A stretch of DNA of 64,000 bases from Thermoanaerobaculia bacterium (GTDB taxonomy: Bacteria > Acidobacteriota > Thermoanaerobaculia > UBA5066 > Gp7-AA6): contig DATFQY010000005.1 of assembly GCA_035263845.1 (NCBI GenBank), positions 6,770 to 70,769 on the forward strand, read 5' to 3'. Shown piece by piece: positions 41,805 through 50,477 of this stretch (its first letter is position 1; every line of letters begins with the position of its first letter). The notes beneath the pieces are model-generated. The model was not told where the DNA came from. It did not search any database and saw only the letters and a list, made by a program, of their open reading frames with translations. A program made the translations under genes and the position numbers.

Positions 41805-42926
41805 TCAGCGCTGGTCGATGGGGACGTAGGGTTGGGGATAAGGAGGTCCGGTGTATTCCGCCCGCGGACGGATCAGGCGGTTGTTGGAGTACTGCTCGAG
41901 GACGTGCGCCGTCCACCCGGAGATCCGCGAGGCGGCGAAGATCGGCGTGAAGAGGTCCGGCGGAAGGCCGAGCATGAAGTAGACCGAGGCGGAGTAGAAG
42001 TCCACGTTCGCGTTGAGGTTCTTCTCCTCGTTCATGATCTTCTCGACCCGCCGCGACATGTCGTACCACCGGGTGTCGCCCGAGGACTCCGCGACGTGCC
42101 GCGACATCTCGCGCAGGTGCGTGGCCCGCGGGTCCTCCGTCGTGTAGACGCGGTGGCCGAAGCCCATGATCTTCTGCTTGCGAGCCAGCCGCGCGCGGAT
42201 CTCGTCGTCCACCCGGTCGAGCGAGCCGATCTCCGCCAGCATCTTCAGGACCGCCTCGTTAGCGCCGCCGTGGAGCGGCCCCTTGAGCGTCGCGATCGCC
42301 GAGACGACGGCGGAGTGCATGTCCGCGAGGGTCGCCGCGGTGACCCGGGCCGCGAAGGTCGAGGCGTTCAACTCGTGGTCCGCGTGGAGGACGAGCGCGA
42401 TGTCGAGGGCGCGCACCGCGGCCGACCCGGCCGTCTCTCCGTTGAGCATCCTCAGGAAGTCGTCGGCGTGGGTCCGCCCGGGGTCGGGCGGCACGACCGC
42501 CTGGTTGTTCCGCAAGCGGTGGTAGGCCGCGACGAGGGTCCCGAGCTGCCCGGTCAGCCGGACGGCCTTGCGGCGGTTGGCGTCCTCCGACATCGCGTCC
42601 CGGTCCGGGTCGGAGTCCGCGAGGGCCGAGACTGCCGTGCGGAGGGCGTCCATGGGCGCGGACGTCCGCGAAAGCGTCATCAGAAGGGTCAGGATCTCCC
42701 TCGGGACGGCGCGCTCCCGCCCGATCGCGGCACGCGTCACCTCCAGCTCCTCCCGCGAGGGGAGGCGGCCCGCCCAGAGCAGGTGGCAGACTTCCTCGAA
42801 GCTCGAGTGCGCCGCCAGGTCGTGGATGTCGATGCCGCGGTACGAAAGGATGCCCCGCGCGCCGTCGATGTAGCAGATCGAGGAGTCCGCTGCGACGACG
42901 TCTTCGAGGCCCCGGACCTCGACCAT
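41805..42926 (-). CDS. gltA: Citrate synthase (about 373 aa).
   Basis: Motifs GFGHRVY, GxxHGGA (LHGGANE) and a conserved C-terminus. Only the last 374 codons of the 1383-codon track ORF are coding. Confidence 0.9.
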   Translation of the reverse strand: MVEVRGLEDVVAADSSICYIDGARGILSYRGIDIHDLAAHSSFEEVCHLLWAGRLPSREELEVTRAAIGRERAVPREILTLLMTLSRTSAPMDALRTAVSALADSDPDRDAMSEDANRRKAVRLTGQLGTLVAAYHRLRNNQAVVPPDPGRTHADDFLRMLNGETAGSAAVRALDIALVLHADHELNASTFAARVTAATLADMHSAVVSAIATLKGPLHGGANEAVLKMLAEIGSLDRVDDEIRARLARKQKIMGFGHRVYTTEDPRATHLREMSRHVAESSGDTRWYDMSRRVEKIMNEEKNLNANVDFYSASVYFMLGLPPDLFTPIFAASRISGWTAHVLEQYSNNRLIRPRAEYTGPPYPQPYVPIDQR

Positions 42927-42934
42927 GCGGCCGG

Positions 42935-44479
42935 TCAGCTTTCGCTTTCGATCGCCCGGGGGATCACGGCGTCGAGCCCGGGGAACTTCCCAAGCCAGGC
43001 CCGGCGCTCGAGGCGGAGCTTGTTGACCAGCTCGGCGTACTTCTCCGGCGTGTAGTACCGCCGCGGCGTGTACTTCGCGAGGTCGAGCCCGGGGACCTCG
43101 GCCGGCACCTCGTAGCCCCAGTCGGGGTCCTTCTCCCACGCCAAGCCTTCCTTGGCGATCTGCTTCATCAGCTCGGTGGAGACCCGGATCGTGACCTTCT
43201 CGCCGGGGAAGCCGTCTCCGGCCCCGACGGAGCCGGTGTTTAAGATGTAGGCCTGCATGTCCGGGTTCTCCCGGAGGATCTCGAGCACCCGGTTGCCCTC
43301 CTCGGACTCGGGCCCCACGATGAACGGGTTCGTTCCGACCTCGCGCTTGGCCTGCCCGGCCTTCGTCGGGTCGCCGGCCGACGTCTCGATGGACTCGCCC
43401 AGCATGAAGTAGGCGGCGGCCTGCTCGGCCGTCAGGCGCGCGCAGACCGGCACCACGTCGTTTCGCCGGGTGATGAAGACGATCTTGTTGGCCTTGGGCA
43501 GGTCGATGCCCTCGCCCGTCCCGCGGATGAACCGCCGAAGCACGACGCCGCGGCCGTTGGAGGTGATGGACGTGTCGAGGAAGTCCACGTGCCCCGCGTC
43601 GTCCACCTTGATGTTCTCGTACGTCGCGGTCGCGTGGGTCGCGGCGCCCCAGAGGACCGTCTGGGAGGGCTCGAGCCCCTCGGTCTTGATGTAGAAGCCG
43701 TCCTCCGTGCCGAAGGCTTCCCCATCGTGGGTCAGCAACACGACGTCGTCCTGCTTGATGATCGCTCGCTCGGGCTCCTGGAGGCCGTGGTCGTGGAGGG
43801 TCAGGGTCGTCTTGCCGGTCCCGGAGAGCCCGAAGAGCAGGAAGCCCACGTCGCGGAGCTTCCCGTCGGGACCGAACACCCGCAGGATCTTCGAGCCGGC
43901 GTGGAGGCCCAGGCCGCCGCGCCGCTTGATCCAGTACATCGCCTGCCGGAGCATCGACTTCTTGGCCTCGCCGGGGTAGTCGCTGCCCAGGATGTAGGTG
44001 TAGCCCTCGGTCACGTCGCAGAAAATCAGCCGCTCCGGCCACTCCGGCACATAGACGGAGACGAAGTCCGGCTCGTGGGAGGAGTCGGACGGGAAGAGCA
44101 TGTTGTGCCACATGAAGGCGATCCGGGCGTACTCCTTCGGAACGTAGAGCCGGCAGCGCAGCGTTGCCTCGGGCGAGTCGCCCATCCTCCGGTCCACCTG
44201 GACGAGGTCCATGTCGGCCAGCGCCTCCTGGACCTTCCGGACCGTCTCCTGCGCCTTCTCCTGGTCGATCGGCTGCTGCATGACGCCGACTTTGACGTCC
44301 GAAACGATGTAGGTGTTCTTGGCAGACCGGCTCTTGACCCGCGTCGAGTACACGGGCGAGCCGTACTCGGTCGTCTTTTCGCCGGCGCGGGCGAGCTCGC
44401 GAAGGCGCTCGCCGGAAAGGTCCTTGAGGATGGATCTCGCTCGGACGGTCCGGGGCGAGAAGACGTCGACCGTGCTCAT
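42935..44479 (-). CDS. pckA: Phosphoenolpyruvate carboxykinase (ATP).
   Basis: Kinase-1a P-loop GLSGTGKTT and PckA-wide conservation. 514 aa. Confidence 0.9.
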   Translation of the reverse strand: MSTVDVFSPRTVRARSILKDLSGERLRELARAGEKTTEYGSPVYSTRVKSRSAKNTYIVSDVKVGVMQQPIDQEKAQETVRKVQEALADMDLVQVDRRMGDSPEATLRCRLYVPKEYARIAFMWHNMLFPSDSSHEPDFVSVYVPEWPERLIFCDVTEGYTYILGSDYPGEAKKSMLRQAMYWIKRRGGLGLHAGSKILRVFGPDGKLRDVGFLLFGLSGTGKTTLTLHDHGLQEPERAIIKQDDVVLLTHDGEAFGTEDGFYIKTEGLEPSQTVLWGAATHATATYENIKVDDAGHVDFLDTSITSNGRGVVLRRFIRGTGEGIDLPKANKIVFITRRNDVVPVCARLTAEQAAAYFMLGESIETSAGDPTKAGQAKREVGTNPFIVGPESEEGNRVLEILRENPDMQAYILNTGSVGAGDGFPGEKVTIRVSTELMKQIAKEGLAWEKDPDWGYEVPAEVPGLDLAKYTPRRYYTPEKYAELVNKLRLERRAWLGKFPGLDAVIPRAIESES

Positions 44480-44554
44480 CCGGGTCCCTCCTTTTCGGGG
44501 CCTGAGTAAGGTACATCAGGCCGGCACCCTTCCCGGGCTTCCCGGCCGCGAGAA

Positions 44555-44572
44555 TGCACAGAAAATTGTGCA
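44555..44572. promoter_or_regulatory. Perfect inverted repeat TGCACA-N6-TGTGCA in the pckA/glnA divergent spacer; candidate activator or repressor site (resembles NtrC-type TGCACC-N5-GGTGCA).
   Basis: tgcacagaaaattgtgca is an 18 bp dyad centred about 82 bp upstream of the predicted glnA transcription start, and about 85 bp upstream of the pckA start codon on the other strand. Confidence 0.35.
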
Positions 44573-44610
44573 TCCGCGCGGAATTTTCTGCATTTTCATC
44601 AAGAAATCGA

Positions 44611-44638
44611 TTGAATTCCTGCAAAACGACACTAGAAT
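44611..44638 (+). promoter_or_regulatory. Sigma70-like promoter for glnA (TTGAAT-16 nt-TAGAAT).
   Basis: ttgaattcctgcaaaacgacactagaat lies about 30 nt upstream of an AAAGGAGAG RBS and the glnA ATG. Confidence 0.35.
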
Positions 44639-44669
44639 CACGCCGAAAGTGCAAAAAAAGGAGAGCAGA

Positions 44670-46043
44670 ATGGCAAAGGCGAAGATTCTCAAGTTCGACG
44701 CCTCCGGCCCGGGCCTGTCCAAGCCGGAGATCCTGAAGGTCTGCGGGACGGAGAACGTGCGGTTCATGCGGCTGCAGTTCACCGACATCCTCGGCGTCAT
44801 CAAGAACGTCGAGATCCCGCGCTCGCAGTTCGAGAAGGCCCTCGACGGCGAGATCCAGTTCGACGGCTCCTCGATCGAGGGCTTCACCCGGATCGAGGAA
44901 TCCGACATGAACCTGGTGCCGGACCTGAACTCCTTCGCGATCTACCCGTGGGCCCACAACGGCGGCGAGAAGGTCGGCCGTCTGATCTGCGACGTTTACA
45001 ACCCCGACGGAACGCCGTTCCCAGGCTGCCCCCGCATGACGCTGAAGAAGCAGATGGACAAGGCGGCCGCCTTGAGCTACGTCCTCGTGACGGGGCCCGA
45101 GGCCGAGTTCTTCCTCTTCCGCCGCGATGCCAACGGCGACCCGATCGTGGACACCCACGATCAGGGGGCCTACTTCGACCTGACGCCGGTGGACCGCGGA
45201 GAGGAAGCGCGGCGCGACATCGTCCTGGCGCTCGAGCAGATGGGCTTCGAGGTCGAGGCCGCGCATCACGAGGTCGCGCCGGGGCAGCACGAGATCGACT
45301 TCAAGTACGCCGACGCCGTCACGACGGCCGACCGAGTCACGACGTTCCGCTTCATCGTCAAGAAGGTCGCGATGGACCACGGGCTCCACGCGACCTTCAT
45401 GCCCAAGCCGATCTTCGGGGTCAACGGCTCGGGAATGCACACCCACCAGTCCTTCCTCGACTCCAAGGGGAACAACGTCTTCTACGACTCGAAGGCCAAA
45501 TACCAGCTCTCGAAGACCGCTCTCCATTACACGGGCGGGATCCTGCGCCACGCCAAGGCGTTCGTCGCGGTGACGAACCCGCTGGTGAACTCCTACAAGC
45601 GCCTGGTCCCGGGCTACGAGGCGCCGGTCAACGTCGCCTGGTCCATGCGCAACCGCTCGCCGCTCGTCCGCGTTCCGGCCCGCCGCGGCATGGGGACGCG
45701 CATCGAGGTCCGGATGCCGGACCCGTCCTGCAACCCGTACCTCGCGTTCGGCGTGATGCTTGCTTCGGGTCTGGACGGGCTGAAGAACAAGATGGATCCG
45801 GGCGAGCCCGTGGACCGCAACGTCTTCAAGATGAGCGAGCGCGAGAAGCGGCGGCTGAAGATCGACCAGCTGCCGGCCAACCTCTCCGAGGCGCTCGACA
45901 ACCTCGAGCGCGACGAGGTCGTGACCGATGCGCTCGGCGAACACATCCTCCAGCACTTCCTCGAGGCCAAGCGCGGCGAGTGGGCGGAGTACATCTCCAA
46001 AGTCCAGCCCTGGGAGGTGGACAAGTACCTGGATACCTACTGA
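44670..46043 (+). CDS. glnA: Glutamine synthetase (type I-like, 458 aa).
   Basis: GS beta-grasp and catalytic domains (for example GSGMHTHQS, NPYKRLVPGYEAP). Strong RBS. Confidence 0.95.
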   Translation: MAKAKILKFDASGPGLSKPEILKVCGTENVRFMRLQFTDILGVIKNVEIPRSQFEKALDGEIQFDGSSIEGFTRIEESDMNLVPDLNSFAIYPWAHNGGEKVGRLICDVYNPDGTPFPGCPRMTLKKQMDKAAALSYVLVTGPEAEFFLFRRDANGDPIVDTHDQGAYFDLTPVDRGEEARRDIVLALEQMGFEVEAAHHEVAPGQHEIDFKYADAVTTADRVTTFRFIVKKVAMDHGLHATFMPKPIFGVNGSGMHTHQSFLDSKGNNVFYDSKAKYQLSKTALHYTGGILRHAKAFVAVTNPLVNSYKRLVPGYEAPVNVAWSMRNRSPLVRVPARRGMGTRIEVRMPDPSCNPYLAFGVMLASGLDGLKNKMDPGEPVDRNVFKMSEREKRRLKIDQLPANLSEALDNLERDEVVTDALGEHILQHFLEAKRGEWAEYISKVQPWEVDKYLDTY

Positions 46044-46067
46044 TCCGGGTCTTTCGCTGATTTTTGT

Positions 46068-46098
46068 TAGGCCAGAGTCATATCTGGCCTAATTTATT
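46068..46098 (+). terminator. Intrinsic terminator-like hairpin after glnA.
   Basis: TAGGCCAGA-gtcata-TCTGGCCTA is a perfect 9 bp stem, followed by ATTTATT and then immediately the next ATG. Confidence 0.5.
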
Positions 46099-47004
46099 AT
46101 GGCTACGTACGGGTTTCGCGAGAGGGCCCGGCAGGGGCCGCCGCTCCTGCTCGACTCGGCGATGGGGACCGAGCTCGAGCGGCGGGGAGCCCGCGCCGAG
46201 CTGCCCCTCTGGAGCGCGCGGGCCCTGATCGAAAACCCGGAGCTCGTGCTGGCGATCCACCGGGACGAGGTCGCCGCCGGCGCGGACATCCTCACCGCGA
46301 ACACGTTCCGCACGCACCGCCGGACGCTCGCGAGGGAGAACCTCGGCGACCGGTCGGCCGAGCTGACACGGACGGCCGTGCTGCTCGCTCGCGAGGCGGC
46401 CCGCTCCGCCTCCCGGCCGGTCTGGGTGGCCGGATCGCTTTCGCCGCTGGAGGACTGCTACCGGCCGGACCTGCGCCCGCCGGGCGAGGCGCTGGAACGG
46501 GAGCACGCGGTCCAGGCGGAGGCGCTCGCTTCCTCGGGCGTGGACCTGATCCTGATCGAGACGCAGAACTCCGTTCGGGAGCTCGCCACCGCGGCCCGCT
46601 GGGCCCGGGACACCGGCTTGCCGGTCGTGGCCTCGATGATCACGGACGGGAAGGGGCGTCTGCTGTCCGGCCAGCCGATCGAGGTGGCGGTCGCCGCGGT
46701 CGAGTCCCTCCGCCTCGACGCCCTCTCGATCAACTGCGTTGCGACACGAGACCTCGCCGGCGACCTCGCCCGTCTCGCCAGGGCCGCCCCGGGCGTCCCC
46801 CTCGCGGCCTACGGCAACCTCGGCCCTCCCTCCGGCGAGGGTGGCACGGTCTTCACGAAGTTCGTCGAGCCCGAGGAGTACGCCTCGCTCGCCGAGGAGT
46901 GGATCGCGCTCGGCGCGCGCATGGTCGGCGGCTGCTGCGGGACGACGAGCGCCCACACGGCTGCGCTTCGGCGGAGGATCGATTCCGGCGGTCCTACTTC
47001 CTGA
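46099..47004 (+). CDS. Homocysteine S-methyltransferase family protein (MmuM-like).
   Basis: Pterin-binding/Hcy-binding fold with zinc-ligand cysteines (GGCCGTT near the C-terminus, and LSINCV). Confidence 0.8.
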   Translation: MATYGFRERARQGPPLLLDSAMGTELERRGARAELPLWSARALIENPELVLAIHRDEVAAGADILTANTFRTHRRTLARENLGDRSAELTRTAVLLAREAARSASRPVWVAGSLSPLEDCYRPDLRPPGEALEREHAVQAEALASSGVDLILIETQNSVRELATAARWARDTGLPVVASMITDGKGRLLSGQPIEVAVAAVESLRLDALSINCVATRDLAGDLARLARAAPGVPLAAYGNLGPPSGEGGTVFTKFVEPEEYASLAEEWIALGARMVGGCCGTTSAHTAALRRRIDSGGPTS

Positions 47005-48061
47005 CGAAGCTCTTGTGGAGCAGCCGTCCGGATTCGGCGGATGCGTCGCCGGACTCGGTGTACTCGTAGACAACGGTCTTGCCCGTTTCGCGGGTCGTCT
47101 TCCGAACCGAGGCCGTGACGTTCTCGCTCTTCGGCTCCGCCCGCGAGACGGCGGTCAGGAACTCCAGGGCCGCCTCCTTCGAAGGAGGCTCGGGTGACGC
47201 CCTCTTCGGGTCTCGGGCGAGCAGGGCCTCGCGGGCATAGGACTCGACGAGCTTGCGGGCGAGCTTGCGGAAGAGCTCGGGCGATCCGTACACGTCCGCG
47301 GCGACGATCTCCCCGTTGATCGCGACGGCGAGGCCGACGGCGTCTCTGGCCGCCTCGAGGCGGGGGAGCAGCGAGCCGACGTAGTCGGCCGTCCGGGCCT
47401 GGATCTCGCGGTTCGAGACGATCGCGCTGTAGCTGCCGGTGGAAGACATCGTCCGCCCTGGGACGCCTCCCTCCCGCCCTGGGACGCCTCCCTCCACGGT
47501 GACGACGGCAGCCGCCTTGGCGTCGTGTGCCGCCACGTCCGCCCAGACCGCGGTCTGGTTCTTCTCTCCCTGGATGCTCGCCTTCGCCTTCGGGCTCCCC
47601 ACGACGGCGGCGCTGCCGTCGAATGCGGCGTTTCCCGTCCACCGCCCGTGCTCGACGCAGAACGCGCTGATCGGCTGCGGCATCGACCTCGGTGCGATCG
47701 CCACGTCCACCCCGATCGTGCGGTCCTGCCTCCCGCCGATGACGACGTCGCCCGCCTGGAGGAAGAGCCACTGGTCCGACCGGTTCTCGACCTCGAGCTC
47801 GTTGACGGACGCGCCTCCCGAAGAGCTCCGTTCTCGGACGAGCACCGTGCGGGCTTTCATCCCCTCGGCCAATGTGACGTACCGGCGGTCGTCCCTCGGC
47901 CGGTCGAACACCGTGTAAATCGCAAGGTTCTGGTTCGGGAACGGACCCTCGATCCGGAGCTTCTCCGGCGCCGCACGGGCGGGGCCTTCCGGAACGGCGA
48001 GCAGCGCGGCCAGGGCAACCAGCGCGAGACCGATCGGCGGGCGTGTTAGCGAAGGATTCAT
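46994..48061 (-). CDS. Secreted hypothetical protein.
   Basis: A GGAGG RBS precedes the signal peptide MNPSLTRPPIGLALVALAALLAVPEGPARA. No recognisable catalytic motifs. It overlaps the convergent methyltransferase gene end. Confidence 0.5.
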   Translation of the reverse strand: MNPSLTRPPIGLALVALAALLAVPEGPARAAPEKLRIEGPFPNQNLAIYTVFDRPRDDRRYVTLAEGMKARTVLVRERSSSGGASVNELEVENRSDQWLFLQAGDVVIGGRQDRTIGVDVAIAPRSMPQPISAFCVEHGRWTGNAAFDGSAAVVGSPKAKASIQGEKNQTAVWADVAAHDAKAAAVVTVEGGVPGREGGVPGRTMSSTGSYSAIVSNREIQARTADYVGSLLPRLEAARDAVGLAVAINGEIVAADVYGSPELFRKLARKLVESYAREALLARDPKRASPEPPSKEAALEFLTAVSRAEPKSENVTASVRKTTRETGKTVVYEYTESGDASAESGRLLHKSFVRK

Positions 48062-48105
48062 GGAACCTCCGCAGGGTCCGGACACCGCCGGCCGACGGAA
48101 GTTCC

Positions 48106-49152
48106 CTACGCGATGAACATGGCGTCGCCGTAGCTGTAGAAGAGGTATCCCTCGCGGATCGCTTCCTCGTAGGCGGAGAGGACGTTCTCCCTGCCGGCGA
48201 ACGCGCAGACGAGCATGAGAAGGGTCGAATGGGGGAGATGGAAGTTCGTCAGCAGGGCATCCACGGCCTGGAACTCGAAGCCCGGAGTGATGAAGAGATC
48301 GGCTGAAAAATGCCGGGCGACTCCGAGATCGAGACCTCCGGGCAGACGCGCGGCCGCCTCGAGCGAACGCGTCACCGTCGTGCCGACGGCGACGACACGC
48401 CGCTCTTCCTTCCGGGCATGGGCGACCTCCTGCGCCGTTGCGGTGGGGATCTCGACCTCTTCCGGGTCCAGGCTGTGGTTTTCGGTCTCTTCGACCGTCA
48501 CCGGCTTGAAGGTGCCGGCGCCGATCGAGAGGGTCAGGTCGGCGATCCCGACGCCGCGTCCGCGGATCCGCTCCAGGACCTCGGACGTAAAGTGCAGGCC
48601 GGCTGTCGGCGCGGCGACGGCCCGAGTCTCCCGGGCAAAGACGGTCTGGTAGGCCACGCGGTCCTCGGGGCGGTCGGCGGCCCCGGCCTCTCGCCGGATG
48701 TAGGGCGGAAGCGGAACGCTGCCGATCTCCTCGAGGAGGGCGTCGTCGATGTCCCGGTCGAAGCGAACCTGCCGGCGGCCGTTTTCACCGACCGATTCGA
48801 CGATGGCAGTCAGTCGGCTGGCGAACCGGATCTCGTTCTGCGGCTTCGCCCGGCGCCCCGGCCTCGCCAGGGCGGCCCAGCGACGAGGATCGCCGCCGAT
48901 CGGCTGCAGCAGGAAGATCTCGACCAGCCGGCCGGCGGCGTCGAGGCCCCAGAGGCGCGCGTGGCGGACGCGGACGTCGTTGCGCACCATCAGGTCTCCT
49001 CGACAGAGCAGCTCCGGGAACTGGGCGAACCACCGGTGCTCGACGGCGCCGGTCCTCCGGTCGAGAAGGAGCAGGCGGCTCGATCCCCGCGGCCGCGCCG
49101 TCTGCGCGATCCGATCCGCCGGAAGAAAGTAGTCGAACAGCTCGACCTTCAA
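48106..49152 (-). CDS. queA: S-adenosylmethionine:tRNA ribosyltransferase-isomerase.
   Basis: QueA-wide conservation (N-terminus MKVELFDYFLPADRIAQ, later PLPPYIRR, and C-terminus LFYSYGDAMFI). Confidence 0.9.
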   Translation of the reverse strand: MKVELFDYFLPADRIAQTARPRGSSRLLLLDRRTGAVEHRWFAQFPELLCRGDLMVRNDVRVRHARLWGLDAAGRLVEIFLLQPIGGDPRRWAALARPGRRAKPQNEIRFASRLTAIVESVGENGRRQVRFDRDIDDALLEEIGSVPLPPYIRREAGAADRPEDRVAYQTVFARETRAVAAPTAGLHFTSEVLERIRGRGVGIADLTLSIGAGTFKPVTVEETENHSLDPEEVEIPTATAQEVAHARKEERRVVAVGTTVTRSLEAAARLPGGLDLGVARHFSADLFITPGFEFQAVDALLTNFHLPHSTLLMLVCAFAGRENVLSAYEEAIREGYLFYSYGDAMFIA

Positions 49153-49187
49153 GACGCCGAGAATGACATAAGAGGTAATCTGCCTCG

Positions 49188-50036
49188 ATGTCCTCCGACT
49201 ACCTCGAGGGCCGCGGCCGTGTCCGCGTGGACGCCGCGGGAATCGCGATCGAGGGAGTCTCGGTCGCCGGCCGGGAGTCGTTCTACAAGGTCCCCTCCTT
49301 CCATGTCCTCCTGGAGTTCGGCCGCGCTCCTGAAGACACCGTTTCCTACTCGACGGTCTGCCTCACGCACGGCCACCTCGACCACGCCGCCGGCCTCGCC
49401 CACCACGCCTCGCGCCGGCGGCTCGACGGAATGCCCGCCGCACGCGTCTTCGCACCCGAGGAAGCGGTCCCGGACCTGGAAGGGTGGCTGGCCTTCTCCC
49501 AGAGGCTCGAGAACGTGGACTACCGGCTGCACCTGACTCCGGCGTCGCCCGGCGCGACCTTCCGGATGCGAAACGACCTGGAGCTGAAGGTCCTGCCGGG
49601 GAGCCACCGCGTTCCCACGGTCGGCTACCTCTTCTCCGAGATCAAGCACAAGCTCAAGGACGAGTTCCTCGACCTGACCGGGGACAGGATCGCTGCGCTG
49701 CGCGCCGGGGGCACCGAAGTCACGCGACGGGAGGAGATCCCTCTCCTCGCCTACACCGGCGATTGCGGCCCGGGGATCTTCGACGCCGCTCCGGAGCTCT
49801 TCATGGCCCGGGTCCTTCTGATCGAGTGCTCCTTCGTCCTTCCCGAGGACCGCGACCGCGCCCGGACCTACGCCCACCTTCACCTCCAGGACTTCCTCGA
49901 CCGCGCCGCGGATTTCCGAAACGAGGCGATCGTCCTGACCCACTTCTCCCAGCGCTACGGAGTCGAAGAGATCCGCCAAACGCTTGACGCGGTTTCTGAG
50001 GTATTCGCTAGACGGATAGTCCCATTTCTCCCTTAG
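49188..50036 (+). CDS. MBL-fold metallo-hydrolase (RNase Z-like).
   Basis: Motif THGHLDH, 282 aa. The start is only 35 bp from the divergent queA. Confidence 0.75.
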   Translation: MSSDYLEGRGRVRVDAAGIAIEGVSVAGRESFYKVPSFHVLLEFGRAPEDTVSYSTVCLTHGHLDHAAGLAHHASRRRLDGMPAARVFAPEEAVPDLEGWLAFSQRLENVDYRLHLTPASPGATFRMRNDLELKVLPGSHRVPTVGYLFSEIKHKLKDEFLDLTGDRIAALRAGGTEVTRREEIPLLAYTGDCGPGIFDAAPELFMARVLLIECSFVLPEDRDRARTYAHLHLQDFLDRAADFRNEAIVLTHFSQRYGVEEIRQTLDAVSEVFARRIVPFLP

Positions 50037-50141
50037 TCAGCGGAGAGAGGGATGCCAAAATGATGCATCCGCATCTGACAGACACGCGTCGAGCACCACT
50101 AGTCTCACCAGAACTCAGTTGCTATCTCGAGGAGGTGCTCG

Positions 50142-50465
50142 ATGAAGCGGGGTTTCTTTTTGGTCGTCACGGTTGTTGCTTTCATTGTAATGAGCTATCC
50201 AAGTGTGGCCTTCCCGGATCAACTCGACAGCGCAGCGGCTGGAGGATGGGTTACCTACTACGACGAGAACTGGAATCTGGTTGGCGAGTGGTATAAGCCG
50301 TGTCAGGGCCAAGCATCGCGATGGGGCGTTGTCGGAGTCTACGCCTCTATCGATGAGTACTACAGCTGCGAAGGAGGACCGGAACCGCCGTCGTGCACTC
50401 CTTGGATCGTCTACGATGCCCCCTCCGGAAACCTGCCGAATCCATCGTTGGCCTGTTATCAATAG
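50142..50465 (+). CDS. Small secreted Cys-rich, aromatic-rich protein (107 aa, 4 Cys).
   Basis: RBS GAGGAGG, then the signal peptide MKRGFFLVVTVVAFIVMSYPSVA. The mature part is about 85 aa with C53, C76, C84, C105 and many W/Y. No homology is recognised. Confidence 0.5.
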   Translation: MKRGFFLVVTVVAFIVMSYPSVAFPDQLDSAAAGGWVTYYDENWNLVGEWYKPCQGQASRWGVVGVYASIDEYYSCEGGPEPPSCTPWIVYDAPSGNLPNPSLACYQ

Positions 50466-50477
50466 TCTCCGCCGACT

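Noticed and set aside
44575-44600. Possible sigma54 -24/-12 element (GGaattttctGCA) upstream of glnA.
   Set aside because: The GG-to-GC spacing is 10 nt rather than the 12 required, and no TGGCAC-N5-TTGC match is found elsewhere in the spacer.
41805-45956. 1383 aa ORF on the minus strand in the track.
   Set aside because: Only the 3'-most 374 codons (citrate synthase, 41805..42926) look like protein. The remainder is an Arg/Pro/Gly-rich read-through frame that overlaps pckA (a different frame) and the pckA-glnA spacer. This is an open-frame artefact of high-GC DNA.
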